Assembly (NCBI GenBank): GCA_035548535.1
Contig: DASZSS010000245.1
Coordinates: 483-64,482 of the forward strand
Reading direction: 5' to 3'
DNA from: Steroidobacteraceae bacterium
Lineage (GTDB): Bacteria > Pseudomonadota > Gammaproteobacteria > Steroidobacterales > Steroidobacteraceae
DNA: 64,000 nt
The notes under the pieces are model-generated. The model worked only from the letters and a program-made list of their open reading frames with translations, ran no database searches and was not told where the DNA came from. Position 1 is the first letter of the stretch, and each line of letters starts with the position of its first letter. This document shows positions 35,781 through 46,352 of the stretch, piece by piece. The position numbers were made by a program, and so were the translations under genes.

Positions 35781-36428
35781 TTATTGGCTGCGCGTGTGAC
35801 GGTCTCGTTGCGAGCGCCGGATCACACCGAGCACGCCGACACCGGACAGCAGCAACGGGAATGCCGCGGGGAGCGGCACGGGCGCCAGATTCAACACGCC
35901 GGAATAACTGCCACCATTCGTTCCGGTGACGTTACCGCGGATCTCGAGCACGTACGTGCCGGGCTCGAGCGTCGTTTCCGGCAGCACCGCGATCGTCTCC
36001 GTTGCGCCGGGCGAAGCGTTGATGGCCGTGCTCCATGCATCGATAGCGCCGCCCACCGGCGCACCGAACACCGGCAGGTTGGGGTTCAGGCTCGCGCTGT
36101 ACAGACGCACTTGCAGATCGCTGATGCCGATCAGATTGTCGAGGCTGATCGTCGAGGTGAGCGAATTCGCCTCGGCGCCCGTGATGCTGAAGACCAGATC
36201 GTCGTAGAAGCCATATCCCGGCGCCTGCGAGAGTGGCGTTGTCGGCGCGGTGAACTGATTGAAGTAGCCGTACGAACCGGGTACCGCGAGCGCGTTGACG
36301 GTGCCGGGACCCGTCGTACCGTCAGCGGTCGTCGAGTAGCTGATGACGGCGGCTGCCGCCGGTTCCACCCACGCGAACGCGACCCCTGCAACGATCGCCG
36401 CGGCCGCCACACTCATTCTTATAGCCAT
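35781..36428 (-). CDS. PEP-CTERM sorting-domain protein
   Basis: 215 aa from the ATG at 36428, preceded by GGGGA. It has a signal peptide. The C-terminus is LAPVPLPAAFPLLLSGVGVLGVIRR. Confidence 0.8.
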   Translation of the reverse strand: MAIRMSVAAAAIVAGVAFAWVEPAAAAVISYSTTADGTTGPGTVNALAVPGSYGYFNQFTAPTTPLSQAPGYGFYDDLVFSITGAEANSLTSTISLDNLIGISDLQVRLYSASLNPNLPVFGAPVGGAIDAWSTAINASPGATETIAVLPETTLEPGTYVLEIRGNVTGTNGGSYSGVLNLAPVPLPAAFPLLLSGVGVLGVIRRSQRDRHTRSQ

Positions 36429-36533
36429 GAGATTGTCCCCTGCACCGTCCAAGTCTCGAATTCGGTGCAGATTGAACGTAATTCATGACGCTGATGAGAC
36501 AGTCATATGAAAAAGAGCAGGTCGCGATGCCGC

Positions 36534-39500
36534 TCAATGCGCCGTCGTACTGCGCTTCAAGCATTCCGCGTCGCTCGGCTTGCACACTTCGGCACCGAAG
36601 CCTTCGATGAACACGTCGAGCCAACCCAAAGCGGCGTCCGCGAGCGACGGCGGCTGCTGCGTGCTCGCCGTTTCGGTGACTGCGGCGCTCGAAGCAGACG
36701 ACGCGCTGCTCGCGACGGCCGAGACGCTCGACAGCGAGGCGCCGAGATTGCTCACTTCGGCCGGAACGCCCGCGGAACTCCCGCCCACTTGAATGTTGTC
36801 GAGGCCGACGACCTGCTGTGCGGCGACGTTCAGATTGCCCGCCGCACCGATACCGGCGTCACCGGCATTCACGATGCCCTGTGGCGCAATGAGATCGACG
36901 TCGCCCGCCTTGACGGCCGGGTTGGTGACGATCGAACGGATACCACTGCCCGCCACGGCGCCCGCGAAATTCACGGACACGTTGCCCTTGTCGTCGACGG
37001 TGATCGTCGGCGCCGGCGCGGACACGGACGACTTCGAGCCGCGGCCCGCGTCGATGTCGCCGGTCGTCGACCAGATCGCGATATCACCCCCGCCCAAGGT
37101 GAACACGCGTGAGGAATTCACCAGCACGTCACCGTCCGCGAAGATCCGCACGTCGCCCGCGCCCTGCGCGACGATGCCGAGCTCGGAAGGCAGGCGCGTC
37201 GGCGCGCCGGCCGGCGGCACGGCAAGCCCCACGTCGACGTGTCCGCCCGGCGCGAGCAGCGAAATCGTGCCGCCCGCCAGCGTGTAGATGCGGCTGAACG
37301 CAAGCAGCACATCTCCCGAGTATGGAGATTGCTTGTCGTCGCCCGTATCGCGGCTGCCTGGGAAGAGCTTATCGATGGCCGCATAGCCGCGTGCGAAGTT
37401 CGTCGAGGGATCCGTGTTCGCTTCGCGGCCGGCCCGCACCAGCTCGGTGAAGAAGTCGGTGAGGGTTTGCGGCGCCACCTTCGTCTGCGGGTCGTACTCG
37501 GGTAAGACACCAGCGAGCACCGTCACATCGGCGCCCTGCTCGCTCTCGATCGCGGCATTGGCCAGCCGACCGGTCGTGGAGATGCCCTGCGAGAAGCCGA
37601 GATCGACGTTGCGTCCGGCAATGACATCGAGCCGACCCGGTCCGCCCAGTTCGAAACGGCCGTTGTTGTTGGTGGGGAACTCGATGTCGCGCCCCGCAAA
37701 GACCAGCGTCTGCGCGTCCGGCTGGAGATTCTGATTGCGCAGAATCAGGTCGACGACATCGCGATCGGCGGTGACGCGCGCGGCCTTCGGCAAGACGTAC
37801 TGGCCGGCAAGCACATCGCGGCCGGCTGAGATCAGCGCGGGTTGCGCATCGTCGACGTGGCGCGCGCTCGGCGTCTGGCTCAGCAGATCAACGGTGTTCG
37901 GAAGCGCATTCAGCGGTGTCGGCAGCGCGCGGGGTGCGCTGTCCAGCATTTGCAGCAGCGCGTTCGAAGCGACATCGCGCGCGGCGAAGAGATCGAGCTG
38001 ACCGCTGTCCGACGCGTACATGAACGGTGTCCCGCCGAGTTTCACGTCATGCGAGAGCGAGCGCAACGACACGCTAGCGGGCAACATCGTGAGCAAGCCC
38101 GCGCCCGAGCCATCCACGATGCTTTCGCCCAGCAGCGCCTTCAGCCGGTCGCTGTCCGCCGCGAGATTCACATCCCCGCCCATGCTCTGCACGTCGAGCG
38201 CGGATCGTTCGCCGTACGTGAAGAAGTACGACGGAAGGTTCTGCACCTGATTCGTGCCGATCTGCTTCAGCATCGTCGAATTGAACGCGGACTCGAGGAA
38301 CACATCGCCGCGCGCGGTGATATCGACCTGCGCGTCGCCGATCGAAAGCACACTGCCGAGCATGTCGCCGAACTCCGATGCACGCGTGCGCGCCAGCGAT
38401 CCGCCGGCCTGGATGCGATTGACGCCGGCCGTCATGTGCAGCAGCGAGCTGGCAACGTCGTGGCCGGCATCGATCGTCATCACACCGCCTTGGCCGCGAT
38501 TCAGCACCGTCTGCGAGCTCTGGTAACCCGAGTCGGCCGTCGCGGCAGCGATCTCGCGCACGTCGCCGCCTGCACGAATCGTGAGATCGCCCCCGCCGAG
38601 CGTCCCCGCATTCCAATGGAACTGCTGCACCTCGACGCCCCAGCGCACCGGATCCGTGTCGTTGCCGACCCGCCGCTGCCACGCGGTCACGGGTTGCGAC
38701 ACGTCGTTGCCGACGATGTCGCCGCCGGCGTCGAGCGTGAGTGCGCCGCCGCCGGTGGGCATCGCCATGAAGATGCGACTCCGCGTGTCAGCGAAACCGG
38801 GCAGGTTCGCGTCGAGCTGGCCGCCCGTATACACCGTGGCGAACGCTGCGTCGGAAGTCGTCGTGAAGTTGATGTTGCGGGCCGCGCTGAACAGCAGGTC
38901 GCCGGTGCCCGTGCGCACCGTCGCGTCCTGAATCGTGATGTCGCCCGCGAGCGAACGATCGACCGCCAGCGGATTGGCGCTCGCGAGCGAGGCGCCCGCT
39001 GCGAAACGCAGCGTCGTCGAGCGCTCGCTCAGCGGGTCGAGCCGCGTCGCCGCGCCGGTGCCGGTCGCTTTGAAGCCGTCGGAAATCGTGCCGTTCGAGA
39101 GGGTGATCGAGCCGGTGGCGCGCACCGTCAAGGCGCCGGCCTCGCGCTGATCGCCGAAGCGCCAGGTGCTGAAATCAACGCCGCCATCGAGGGTGACGTC
39201 CCCGTTTACCCGCAGCTCGACTCCCGGCTGTATGTGCAAAGGAGTTTCCGCCGGGGCGCCAAGCCGCGCGCGAATGTCCGGAATCGCGGCCGCGAACGTG
39301 TCGAGCCTCTGGCGGTAGACCTCGAGGTCAGCGCTCGTGAGGAACGATGGCGCGTCATCGACGGCGATCACGGGTTCGACGGTGACGCTGCCGACGCCGG
39401 TGAACGTGCCCGCCGCGAGACTGCCAACGGCGACCTCCTCGTTGCCGCCCGGCTCGGTGACGACGTTGGCACGCTGGAGGACATGGCCGTTCTCGTTGGC

Positions 39501-42500
39501 GCCCAGCGTGTCGATCGTCGAGCCACCGAGGAGGCTCACGAAGCCATTCGACGAGCCGAGTGTGATCAAGCCGCCGCGGCCCAGACCAGCGGCGCCTTCG
39601 GATCGCAGCACGCCGCCGTTCTGCAGAGTGATGTTCCCGCCCGCGAACAAGTTGATGACGCCGCGCGCGTTGTCGGAATCCGCATCGATGGTTCCGGCGA
39701 TGCGGATCGAACCTTCATCCGTCGTCAGCTCCACGTCGCGCGCGGTGAGGGTCGCGCCGCGCGCGAGCTCGAGATCGCCGCGCGTCACGTGAATCGCGCG
39801 TCGCTCGGCGAAGCCGCCGGCTTCGAGCAGGCTGTTCAGGCTGGCGAAATCGCGCAGGCTGTCCGCCTCGAGCAGCACGGACGCGCCGCGCGCTGACGCA
39901 CCCGCCGTGCCCCTCAAGGTGGCTTCGATACTGACTTCGCCCTTCGCTTCGAGCGAGAGCGCGCCGCCGTTTTGATCGCCGCCGCCGCTCACATTCAGCA
40001 GCGCACCGCTTGCGGCGGTGAGCGTGCCGCCGGCGATCATGTCGATCAGACCGCCCGAAGAGCTGACCGTACGTCCGCCGGCCGTGACGTCGACGCCGCT
40101 CACATCGAATGTCGCGCCGGTCAGGATGGACAGATCGCCGTCCGACCGCAGCGAAATCTGCCCGGAAGGCAACACGATGTTGCCGCTCACTTCGACTTGC
40201 TTGCCGGAAATCGAGAGCGCGCCGCCCAACTCCATCGCGGCGCTCGCGCCCGGATCGGCGCCGGCGCGCGTGACGCGCACGATGTCGCCGCTTTCGAAGG
40301 ACGCCTCCGCGCCGGTGCCCGTCGTGATGCGGCCCGCGCTCAATTCGAGCGCGCCCGGAGTCCGCAGGGTCGAGTCGCCTTTGGCGATCAGTGCGCCGGT
40401 CGAGCGCAACGTCGTGGCGCCGAAGCCGGCGAGGTTGAGCGCGCCATCCTCAATTTCGACGTCCGCGCCCGTCAGGCGCAGCGTCGCCGCGCCCGTCGCG
40501 AGCGGAGAGTCCGTGTCCGTCGCCTTCCCGGCGAGCACGATGGATTGCGCAGCGAGATCGACGGTGACCGTATCGCTCGCGCCCAGCGTGGCCGCCGACA
40601 ATGTCAGCGATTTCAGCAAGGACGCATTCGGGTCAGCTGCGTTGCCGAGACTCACGGACGTCATGAAGTCGATCGCGCCACGGCTCTGCAGACGCACGGC
40701 CGAACCTTGTTGGAGCGCATCGAGTAGCGAGGAGGTCAACGTGATCCCGCCGTCGACCGTCTCATCGGCCAAGGCAACCCGCCGGCTGGCCAGCGTCCAA
40801 GTGGCGCCGAGGCCGTCAAACGTGCCGTTGAGCTGGGCGCCATCGGGCGCATCGAGAAGCAGCGCGCCGCGCGAAGCCACGCGACCACCCGTGGCCACCT
40901 CGACATGGCCTCCGCCTGTATCCGTGCCATCCGTACGATCGACAGTGAAATCGGACGTATCGGAAAGCGCCAGAACCGCGGCGTCACCCGTGAGTTTCAA
41001 TTGCGATTCGGTGAGCACCGGTGCAGGGTCCGACGTACCCGCAGACTTCGAGCTCACCTGCGCACCGGACGCGACCGTAATCCCGTCGTTGGCGACGGCC
41101 ACGACTTCGTTGAGCGACAGCGCCGAGCCCGAGAGGAACGATATGGTGTCGGCGGTCACAGCGATACTGCCGTCACTCGCGCGCTTGCCCCCGAGCAGCA
41201 GGCTGCCCGGATTCCAGCTTGCGAGCACGGCAGAGTCGATCTGCACGGCATTCTCAGAAGCCGACGATTGCTGCCCGCTCGTCACCTCGAGATGCGACGC
41301 CGAGATGTCGATCGATGCCCCGCGTCCGCCCTCGCCCGCCGACGTGCGCACATTGCCGTTCGCCGCGAGCGAGTGCGTCACGGCGATCGAGAGCGCGCCG
41401 GCATCCGCCGGGAGCGCGGTGCGCGCCTTGGAATCCGACAGCGCCGCCTGCGCCGGGAAGAACTCGGACGCCTTGAAGTCTTCGTACGTCGCCATCTTCC
41501 GGCCGAAGCTGCCGGAGTTGACCGCGAAGCCGGAATAGCGCGTGTCGCCGAGCGCTGTGTTCGCGAATGTGCGATACCCCGCGACGACCGTCGAGCCATC
41601 GGGGAGCGACACGGTCTTGCCGGGCTGCAAATCGTTGAAGCCCGAGACGGCGTGCACCAGATACGCGCCGGGCAGCAACGCATAGCGCGCTGGCAGCAGC
41701 GTGTACACGCCCGCATCGAGCCCACCGCCGCCGCCGAGATAGACGCTGTCGCCGACTTGCAGATCGGAGCTGAGATATTCCTGAGGATCGCCAGTACCGA
41801 GGCCAGCGAATCCGGGGATCACGGCATACAGGCCCGGCGTTTCACTTGCCGCCAACGCATCCTTCGAGCCGCCCGTACCCGGCGTCCAGCTATACGCATA
41901 GAGATCGCCGCCGCCGCTCACATCCACCGTCGAGCCGCTGGCCATGCTCACGTCCGGCGCGGAGATGCTCACGTTGCGCTCGGGAATCGCATCCTGCGCG
42001 ATGACGTTGCCGCCGAGCGTGTAGACCCACTCCGTGCCGGAGCCGACTTGAATGCTGCCGAACGGAATCAGCGCATCTTTTGCCGACACCGACGTGGTAC
42101 TGCCCGCGAGCAGCTCCACCGAGTCGGTGGCATCGAGCGCGATCTTGCCGAACGGCGCGAGCAGCGTGCCGCCCTGAACGATTTCATCAGCCGAGAGATG
42201 CAACGAGCCGGCAGCCGACAGCGGCGCCCCCGGGGAGGTACCGTTCTGGGCGATGCGCAGCGTGTTCTTTTTATCTCCCGCGACATTCACCGTGTAGTCG
42301 GTCAACGTCGTCGGATAGATGCGCGCGGCCGCGAGCGTGAGCTCGCCCGACGCATCGAGGCGCCCCGTGCTTGCAGCGCCATCGATCACGCCGACCAGCC
42401 TGAGATCGCCGCTGCTCGACAGCGTCGCGTGACCTACTCGTTGGAACGCGAGCGTGCCGATCAAATCGAGCTGGCCCGCGCTCACATCGAGTCGGCCGAA

Positions 42501-45500
42501 GCCGGGGGTGGCGGTCGGCAGAACGCTGCCGGGCTCGTGCGAATAGCCGAGCGCGACATACGGTGCGGAGACCTTCACTGCATCGCCCGCCGCGATGTCG
42601 ATGACCGGCGAATCGACGATGAGCTGCCGGCCGAGCGCGAGATTCACGCCCGCATCGAAGCTCACTTGGCCGCCCGAGCCGATCGCGGAGAAATCGCTCG
42701 CCCGCAGCGTCAGCGAATCGATGCCGCTCGCCTCGATGCGATCCATGCTGAGGATCGCCTGGCCGTCGGGCAGACTCGACCCAGTGAATGCGTCCGGCAC
42801 GATGCGAATCGTGCGGGTCGCCGTCGGAAACGTGCCGATGACCGCGGGATCGGGGGCCTGGAATTGTGAATCGCGCGTCAGCTCAACAGTCAGCGATCCG
42901 CCGGCGGCGCGACCGGCGATCGTGTCGCCGGTGCCGACGTGCGCCGCGAGATCGCCCGCGATCAGGATCGACTCGGGCGCGTGCAGCGTAATGTCGCCGG
43001 CGGCGCTCGCGACTGTCTGTCTCGTGTAACCCGTTGCCGAGCGAGCGTCCGCGATGTCGAGCACCCCGGACGTTCCCGAGACATCGAGCTTCGAGCCTCG
43101 TTGCAGATCGACCGAGCCGCGCTGCGCGATCAGATTGATCGCTCCGCCGGCGAGCACGTCGCCGACCTGCAAGCCCGAATCGTTCGGCCGCAGCAGCGTC
43201 GTGCCCGACGCGTCGAGGATCGCGGTCGACGTGACGTTGATGCGCAGATCGGGAATGTAGCCCGGGTCGAGGCTCTCCGTCGGTCCCGGCGTGATGCCGG
43301 CCGTGATCGTGCCGCCCGGCGTGACGATTTGCCCGGCGAGCGTGACGCCCCCCGGGGACTCAAACGTGAACGACGAACGCGCGGGACCGCGAATGACGGC
43401 GTTCGACTCGACCGTGACCTGGCCGAGCTCGGTTTTGGTGGTCACACGCGGCTGCGCGCTGAACGTGACCGACGATGCGGGCCGGTTCCATTCCAGCGGC
43501 GTAGTCAGCGCGCTGAAGCCGTCGATCGTGCCGCCGCTCGCGCGAGTCGTGAGATCCGCAGCGAGCGCGATAACGTTCGTCCGAGTGTCGATGATGCTGC
43601 CCGACTTCACCGTCAGCACGTTCGTCGACGTCTCCAACGGGGGCGAAGTCGCCTCCGGTACGAACGGAGTTCCGTCCGCGATGATGTTGAACGTCGTGAA
43701 TCCGTGTCCCGAGAACAGCTCGTCGCCCAACTGAATCGCGCTCGCGCTGGTCTTCTCGGTCGAGTCGAAACGCTGCGCGGCCGCCCACTCCGAGCCGTGT
43801 GTGATATCGATGCGCGCGCCCGTAAACGTGAGCTTTCCGCCACTCGCGCCCAGCACGCCGAAGCCTTGCAGACCGACGTTCTCGCCGATCTCGACGACGC
43901 CGTCGGTCAGGTTCGCGCGCTGCGCATTCAAGCTGATGCTGCCGCCCTTGCCGGCGGCCAGCGAGCCATTCGACTTGAGCCACGCCCCGCCGTTGGCAAT
44001 CAACTGCGAGTTGTCACCGAGCGAGAGGGTCGCGGCGACGTCGTGGCTCGCCTGATCGTCGAAGAACGTCTTCGCGTTCAGCGCGATGCTGCCGGCATCG
44101 ACGCGAATGGGGTGCGTGTTGTCGATGAGGTCGTTCGTCCAGAGGCCGCTGACGTTGAGCACCGCGTTCGCGCCGAGAAACACGCCGGCATCGGGCAGCT
44201 CGACATCCGCGATGCCGATCGTGCGGTCCGAGGTCAGATCGATCGTGCCGCCGAGCGAGGTGATGTTGCCGTCGACGTTCACGCGGCGCGCCAACACGCT
44301 GAAAGCGCTTCCCGGCGTGAGATCGAGCGGTGTGGACGCCGGCACCGTGACCGTGCCGTTGCTGTAGATCCGCGTCGAGGTGAAGCCGCCGGCCGTCAAA
44401 TAGTCCGTGGACAGCGCGAGCCCTTGCTCGCCGTTGACGATCGGCTCGTCTTCGTCGAGCGGATCGCTCGGCGCCTGATTCACGAACGTGACGGACGGCG
44501 CGCGATAGTCGCCAGGGGTTGAGGTGGGCGGCGTGGGCGTGCCAATGACGAGCGTACCGCCGGCGGCGGCTAGCTTCGCATTCCGCTGCAGCGGACCCTG
44601 ATACACCTCGCCCTTGAAGGTGCCGCTCAACACCATATTCGGCGCGGCGAACTGCAGCATGCCGGCGTCCGCGCCCTGCAAGAAGCTGTCGACGAAGTTG
44701 CCTGTGCCGGGGCCGCGCACGTTCTCCTTCACGCCCCAGCGGTCGTACGTCAATTGAACGGTCGGATTCACCAGCCCGACATACTGCTTGTTCGGATCGG
44801 CGCTGCCGATGTCGACGATCTTGCCGTCGGCGCCGATGAGCTGTGTGGTCTGCACGACGCCGGGCGCGTACGTGACGATGCCGCCCGACACGTCCATCTT
44901 CGCGCCTTGGGCCACACCGACATCGCCCTGCGAATTGATCGAGATGGTGCCGCCTTTGGATGTGCGCTCGGCAATGTTCTTCGGAATCGCCGCGATGGCG
45001 CCGGAGACGTCCGCGAGCGGCGTACCCGTGCGCACGTCGACGTACACCGTCTTGCCGCGCAGAAAGCCGTCGCGCTGTACGGGCGAGTCTTTCAGCTCGT
45101 TCGCCCGCAGCTCCACCGCGACGACGGCGCGGGAGGCGGGCAACGTCACATCGCTTCCCGAAACGTCGATCGTCGTGCCGTCTTCGATGCGCACGCGCGA
45201 GTCCGGATCGTAGCCACCCGCGGGCGCGGAAGGGTTCGACAGTGCGGTGATGTTGACGGCGCCGCCAGGCGCGACGATCTGCGTGCCGCCGCGAAGCGTG
45301 ACGTTGCGGCCCATGATCTCGACGGTCGACGGATTCTGCTTCTGATCGTCGACCGCGGTCGTCGTATCGGCCAACTCGGGCAGGATGCTGATGGAGCTGT
45401 GCGCTCCGAGCTCGACGGTGCCGGTGCGAGCCGTGTCGAGCACGACACCGCTCGAATCGTTGCGGATCGACACGGTGTCGCGCGCGAGTAGACGCACGCT

Positions 45501-46346
45501 GCCGTTGGCCGACACGCTCGTCGTCGCGGTGGCGCGGCCCTCCTGGTTCACCGCGAGACCCACGAGCGACACGTTGCCGCGCGCTGCGCTGATGTTGCCG
45601 CTGAGTCGGTTCGCGGCTTCGCCGCCGCCATCGACTTCCACGAGCAAGCCGCGCAGCGACGCATCCGAGCTCGAGCTCAGATAGATCTTCTCGCCCGCCG
45701 CGAGAATCACCTGCCCATCCGGCGCGGTGAGCGTGCCCTTGTTCTCGACATCCGGGGCCGCGAGCAGAATGCGTCCGCCCGCGCCCGTCGTCGCGATCTG
45801 CGCGCCCTGCTCGACGACGAGATCGCCCGAGAGCACTTTGCCATCGGGTCCGACCGCCGCCTTCAAGGCCGCCTCGTGTTTCTGCACGGCAGACAGAATG
45901 CCGCCGTCGAACACGGAGTCGTCCATGTTCAGCGTCGATGCGAGCAGGCCAGCGGTTTTCACCTGCGCCGTCGCACCGAACAGCATCCCGTTCGGGTTGA
46001 CGAGATAGACCTGACCATTCGCTTCGAGCGCGCCGAAGATCCGGCTCGGTGCGGCGTCGTAGATCTTGTTGAGCGCGACCGACGATGCCCCGGGCTGCTT
46101 GAACGTGACGCGTCCATCGGCGCCGATGTTGAAGCTCTGCCAATTCAGAATGGCTTTGTCGGTGCTCTGAGTCACCGTGAGCGTGTTGCCCGCACTGATG
46201 GCGCTGGCCTGTCCGGACGTGACGAATCCAATGTTCGGTCCGCAAGAGCCGCCGACGCACGCGACGGGCAACTCGGCGGCATGTCCGGCGCCCGCGGCGA
46301 CTTCCAGAGCCGCCGCCGTCAGGACGAGGCTGATCCGTTGATCCAT
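36534..46346 (-). CDS. two-partner-secretion exoprotein (filamentous haemagglutinin-family TpsA)
   Basis: 3270 aa. The N-terminal TPS domain reads LTVTQSTDKAILNWQSFNIGADGRVTFKQP...VYLVNPNGMLFG. The body is a long beta-helical Gly/Ala/Thr/Ser-rich repeat region. The start lies 6 nt after the tpsB stop, with an AAGGA SD. Confidence 0.9.
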   Translation of the reverse strand: MDQRISLVLTAAALEVAAGAGHAAELPVACVGGSCGPNIGFVTSGQASAISAGNTLTVTQSTDKAILNWQSFNIGADGRVTFKQPGASSVALNKIYDAAPSRIFGALEANGQVYLVNPNGMLFGATAQVKTAGLLASTLNMDDSVFDGGILSAVQKHEAALKAAVGPDGKVLSGDLVVEQGAQIATTGAGGRILLAAPDVENKGTLTAPDGQVILAAGEKIYLSSSSDASLRGLLVEVDGGGEAANRLSGNISAARGNVSLVGLAVNQEGRATATTSVSANGSVRLLARDTVSIRNDSSGVVLDTARTGTVELGAHSSISILPELADTTTAVDDQKQNPSTVEIMGRNVTLRGGTQIVAPGGAVNITALSNPSAPAGGYDPDSRVRIEDGTTIDVSGSDVTLPASRAVVAVELRANELKDSPVQRDGFLRGKTVYVDVRTGTPLADVSGAIAAIPKNIAERTSKGGTISINSQGDVGVAQGAKMDVSGGIVTYAPGVVQTTQLIGADGKIVDIGSADPNKQYVGLVNPTVQLTYDRWGVKENVRGPGTGNFVDSFLQGADAGMLQFAAPNMVLSGTFKGEVYQGPLQRNAKLAAAGGTLVIGTPTPPTSTPGDYRAPSVTFVNQAPSDPLDEDEPIVNGEQGLALSTDYLTAGGFTSTRIYSNGTVTVPASTPLDLTPGSAFSVLARRVNVDGNITSLGGTIDLTSDRTIGIADVELPDAGVFLGANAVLNVSGLWTNDLIDNTHPIRVDAGSIALNAKTFFDDQASHDVAATLSLGDNSQLIANGGAWLKSNGSLAAGKGGSISLNAQRANLTDGVVEIGENVGLQGFGVLGASGGKLTFTGARIDITHGSEWAAAQRFDSTEKTSASAIQLGDELFSGHGFTTFNIIADGTPFVPEATSPPLETSTNVLTVKSGSIIDTRTNVIALAADLTTRASGGTIDGFSALTTPLEWNRPASSVTFSAQPRVTTKTELGQVTVESNAVIRGPARSSFTFESPGGVTLAGQIVTPGGTITAGITPGPTESLDPGYIPDLRINVTSTAILDASGTTLLRPNDSGLQVGDVLAGGAINLIAQRGSVDLQRGSKLDVSGTSGVLDIADARSATGYTRQTVASAAGDITLHAPESILIAGDLAAHVGTGDTIAGRAAGGSLTVELTRDSQFQAPDPAVIGTFPTATRTIRIVPDAFTGSSLPDGQAILSMDRIEASGIDSLTLRASDFSAIGSGGQVSFDAGVNLALGRQLIVDSPVIDIAAGDAVKVSAPYVALGYSHEPGSVLPTATPGFGRLDVSAGQLDLIGTLAFQRVGHATLSSSGDLRLVGVIDGAASTGRLDASGELTLAAARIYPTTLTDYTVNVAGDKKNTLRIAQNGTSPGAPLSAAGSLHLSADEIVQGGTLLAPFGKIALDATDSVELLAGSTTSVSAKDALIPFGSIQVGSGTEWVYTLGGNVIAQDAIPERNVSISAPDVSMASGSTVDVSGGGDLYAYSWTPGTGGSKDALAASETPGLYAVIPGFAGLGTGDPQEYLSSDLQVGDSVYLGGGGGLDAGVYTLLPARYALLPGAYLVHAVSGFNDLQPGKTVSLPDGSTVVAGYRTFANTALGDTRYSGFAVNSGSFGRKMATYEDFKASEFFPAQAALSDSKARTALPADAGALSIAVTHSLAANGNVRTSAGEGGRGASIDISASHLEVTSGQQSSASENAVQIDSAVLASWNPGSLLLGGKRASDGSIAVTADTISFLSGSALSLNEVVAVANDGITVASGAQVSSKSAGTSDPAPVLTESQLKLTGDAAVLALSDTSDFTVDRTDGTDTGGGHVEVATGGRVASRGALLLDAPDGAQLNGTFDGLGATWTLASRRVALADETVDGGITLTSSLLDALQQGSAVRLQSRGAIDFMTSVSLGNAADPNASLLKSLTLSAATLGASDTVTVDLAAQSIVLAGKATDTDSPLATGAATLRLTGADVEIEDGALNLAGFGATTLRSTGALIAKGDSTLRTPGALELSAGRITTGTGAEASFESGDIVRVTRAGADPGASAAMELGGALSISGKQVEVSGNIVLPSGQISLRSDGDLSILTGATFDVSGVDVTAGGRTVSSSGGLIDMIAGGTLTAASGALLNVSGGGDQNGGALSLEAKGEVSIEATLRGTAGASARGASVLLEADSLRDFASLNSLLEAGGFAERRAIHVTRGDLELARGATLTARDVELTTDEGSIRIAGTIDADSDNARGVINLFAGGNITLQNGGVLRSEGAAGLGRGGLITLGSSNGFVSLLGGSTIDTLGANENGHVLQRANVVTEPGGNEEVAVGSLAAGTFTGVGSVTVEPVIAVDDAPSFLTSADLEVYRQRLDTFAAAIPDIRARLGAPAETPLHIQPGVELRVNGDVTLDGGVDFSTWRFGDQREAGALTVRATGSITLSNGTISDGFKATGTGAATRLDPLSERSTTLRFAAGASLASANPLAVDRSLAGDITIQDATVRTGTGDLLFSAARNINFTTTSDAAFATVYTGGQLDANLPGFADTRSRIFMAMPTGGGALTLDAGGDIVGNDVSQPVTAWQRRVGNDTDPVRWGVEVQQFHWNAGTLGGGDLTIRAGGDVREIAAATADSGYQSSQTVLNRGQGGVMTIDAGHDVASSLLHMTAGVNRIQAGGSLARTRASEFGDMLGSVLSIGDAQVDITARGDVFLESAFNSTMLKQIGTNQVQNLPSYFFTYGERSALDVQSMGGDVNLAADSDRLKALLGESIVDGSGAGLLTMLPASVSLRSLSHDVKLGGTPFMYASDSGQLDLFAARDVASNALLQMLDSAPRALPTPLNALPNTVDLLSQTPSARHVDDAQPALISAGRDVLAGQYVLPKAARVTADRDVVDLILRNQNLQPDAQTLVFAGRDIEFPTNNNGRFELGGPGRLDVIAGRNVDLGFSQGISTTGRLANAAIESEQGADVTVLAGVLPEYDPQTKVAPQTLTDFFTELVRAGREANTDPSTNFARGYAAIDKLFPGSRDTGDDKQSPYSGDVLLAFSRIYTLAGGTISLLAPGGHVDVGLAVPPAGAPTRLPSELGIVAQGAGDVRIFADGDVLVNSSRVFTLGGGDIAIWSTTGDIDAGRGSKSSVSAPAPTITVDDKGNVSVNFAGAVAGSGIRSIVTNPAVKAGDVDLIAPQGIVNAGDAGIGAAGNLNVAAQQVVGLDNIQVGGSSAGVPAEVSNLGASLSSVSAVASSASSASSAAVTETASTQQPPSLADAALGWLDVFIEGFGAEVCKPSDAECLKRSTTAH

Positions 46347-46352
46347 AGGTCC

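Noticed and set aside
36429-36533. Sigma-54 (GG-N10-GC) promoters upstream of the PEP-CTERM genes and at the divergent xrtA/GT2 spacer (14395-14521). These would be expected if a PrsR-type activator controlled them.
   Set aside because: I found no TGGCAC-N5-TTGC-like match with correct spacing by eye in 36429-36533, 50395-50470, 29779-29800 or 14395-14521.
36534-36700. CdiA-type toxin tip and immunity gene at the 3' end of tpsA.
   Set aside because: There is no VENN-like demarcation and no small downstream ORF. The next gene is a PEP-CTERM protein 105 nt away.
37842-39896. Very long alternative-frame and antisense ORFs overlapping real genes. Examples are 37842-39896, 40905-42869, 42939-44522 and 44014-46488 inside tpsA, 11113-12495 inside the wecA-like gene, 22111-23463 opposite a GT gene and 26301-28022 opposite the Wzz-like gene.
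   Set aside because: Their translations are Arg/Ala/Pro/Gly-rich with no motifs. Each overlaps a frame with clear family signatures. Stop-poor off-frames are expected in DNA this GC-rich.
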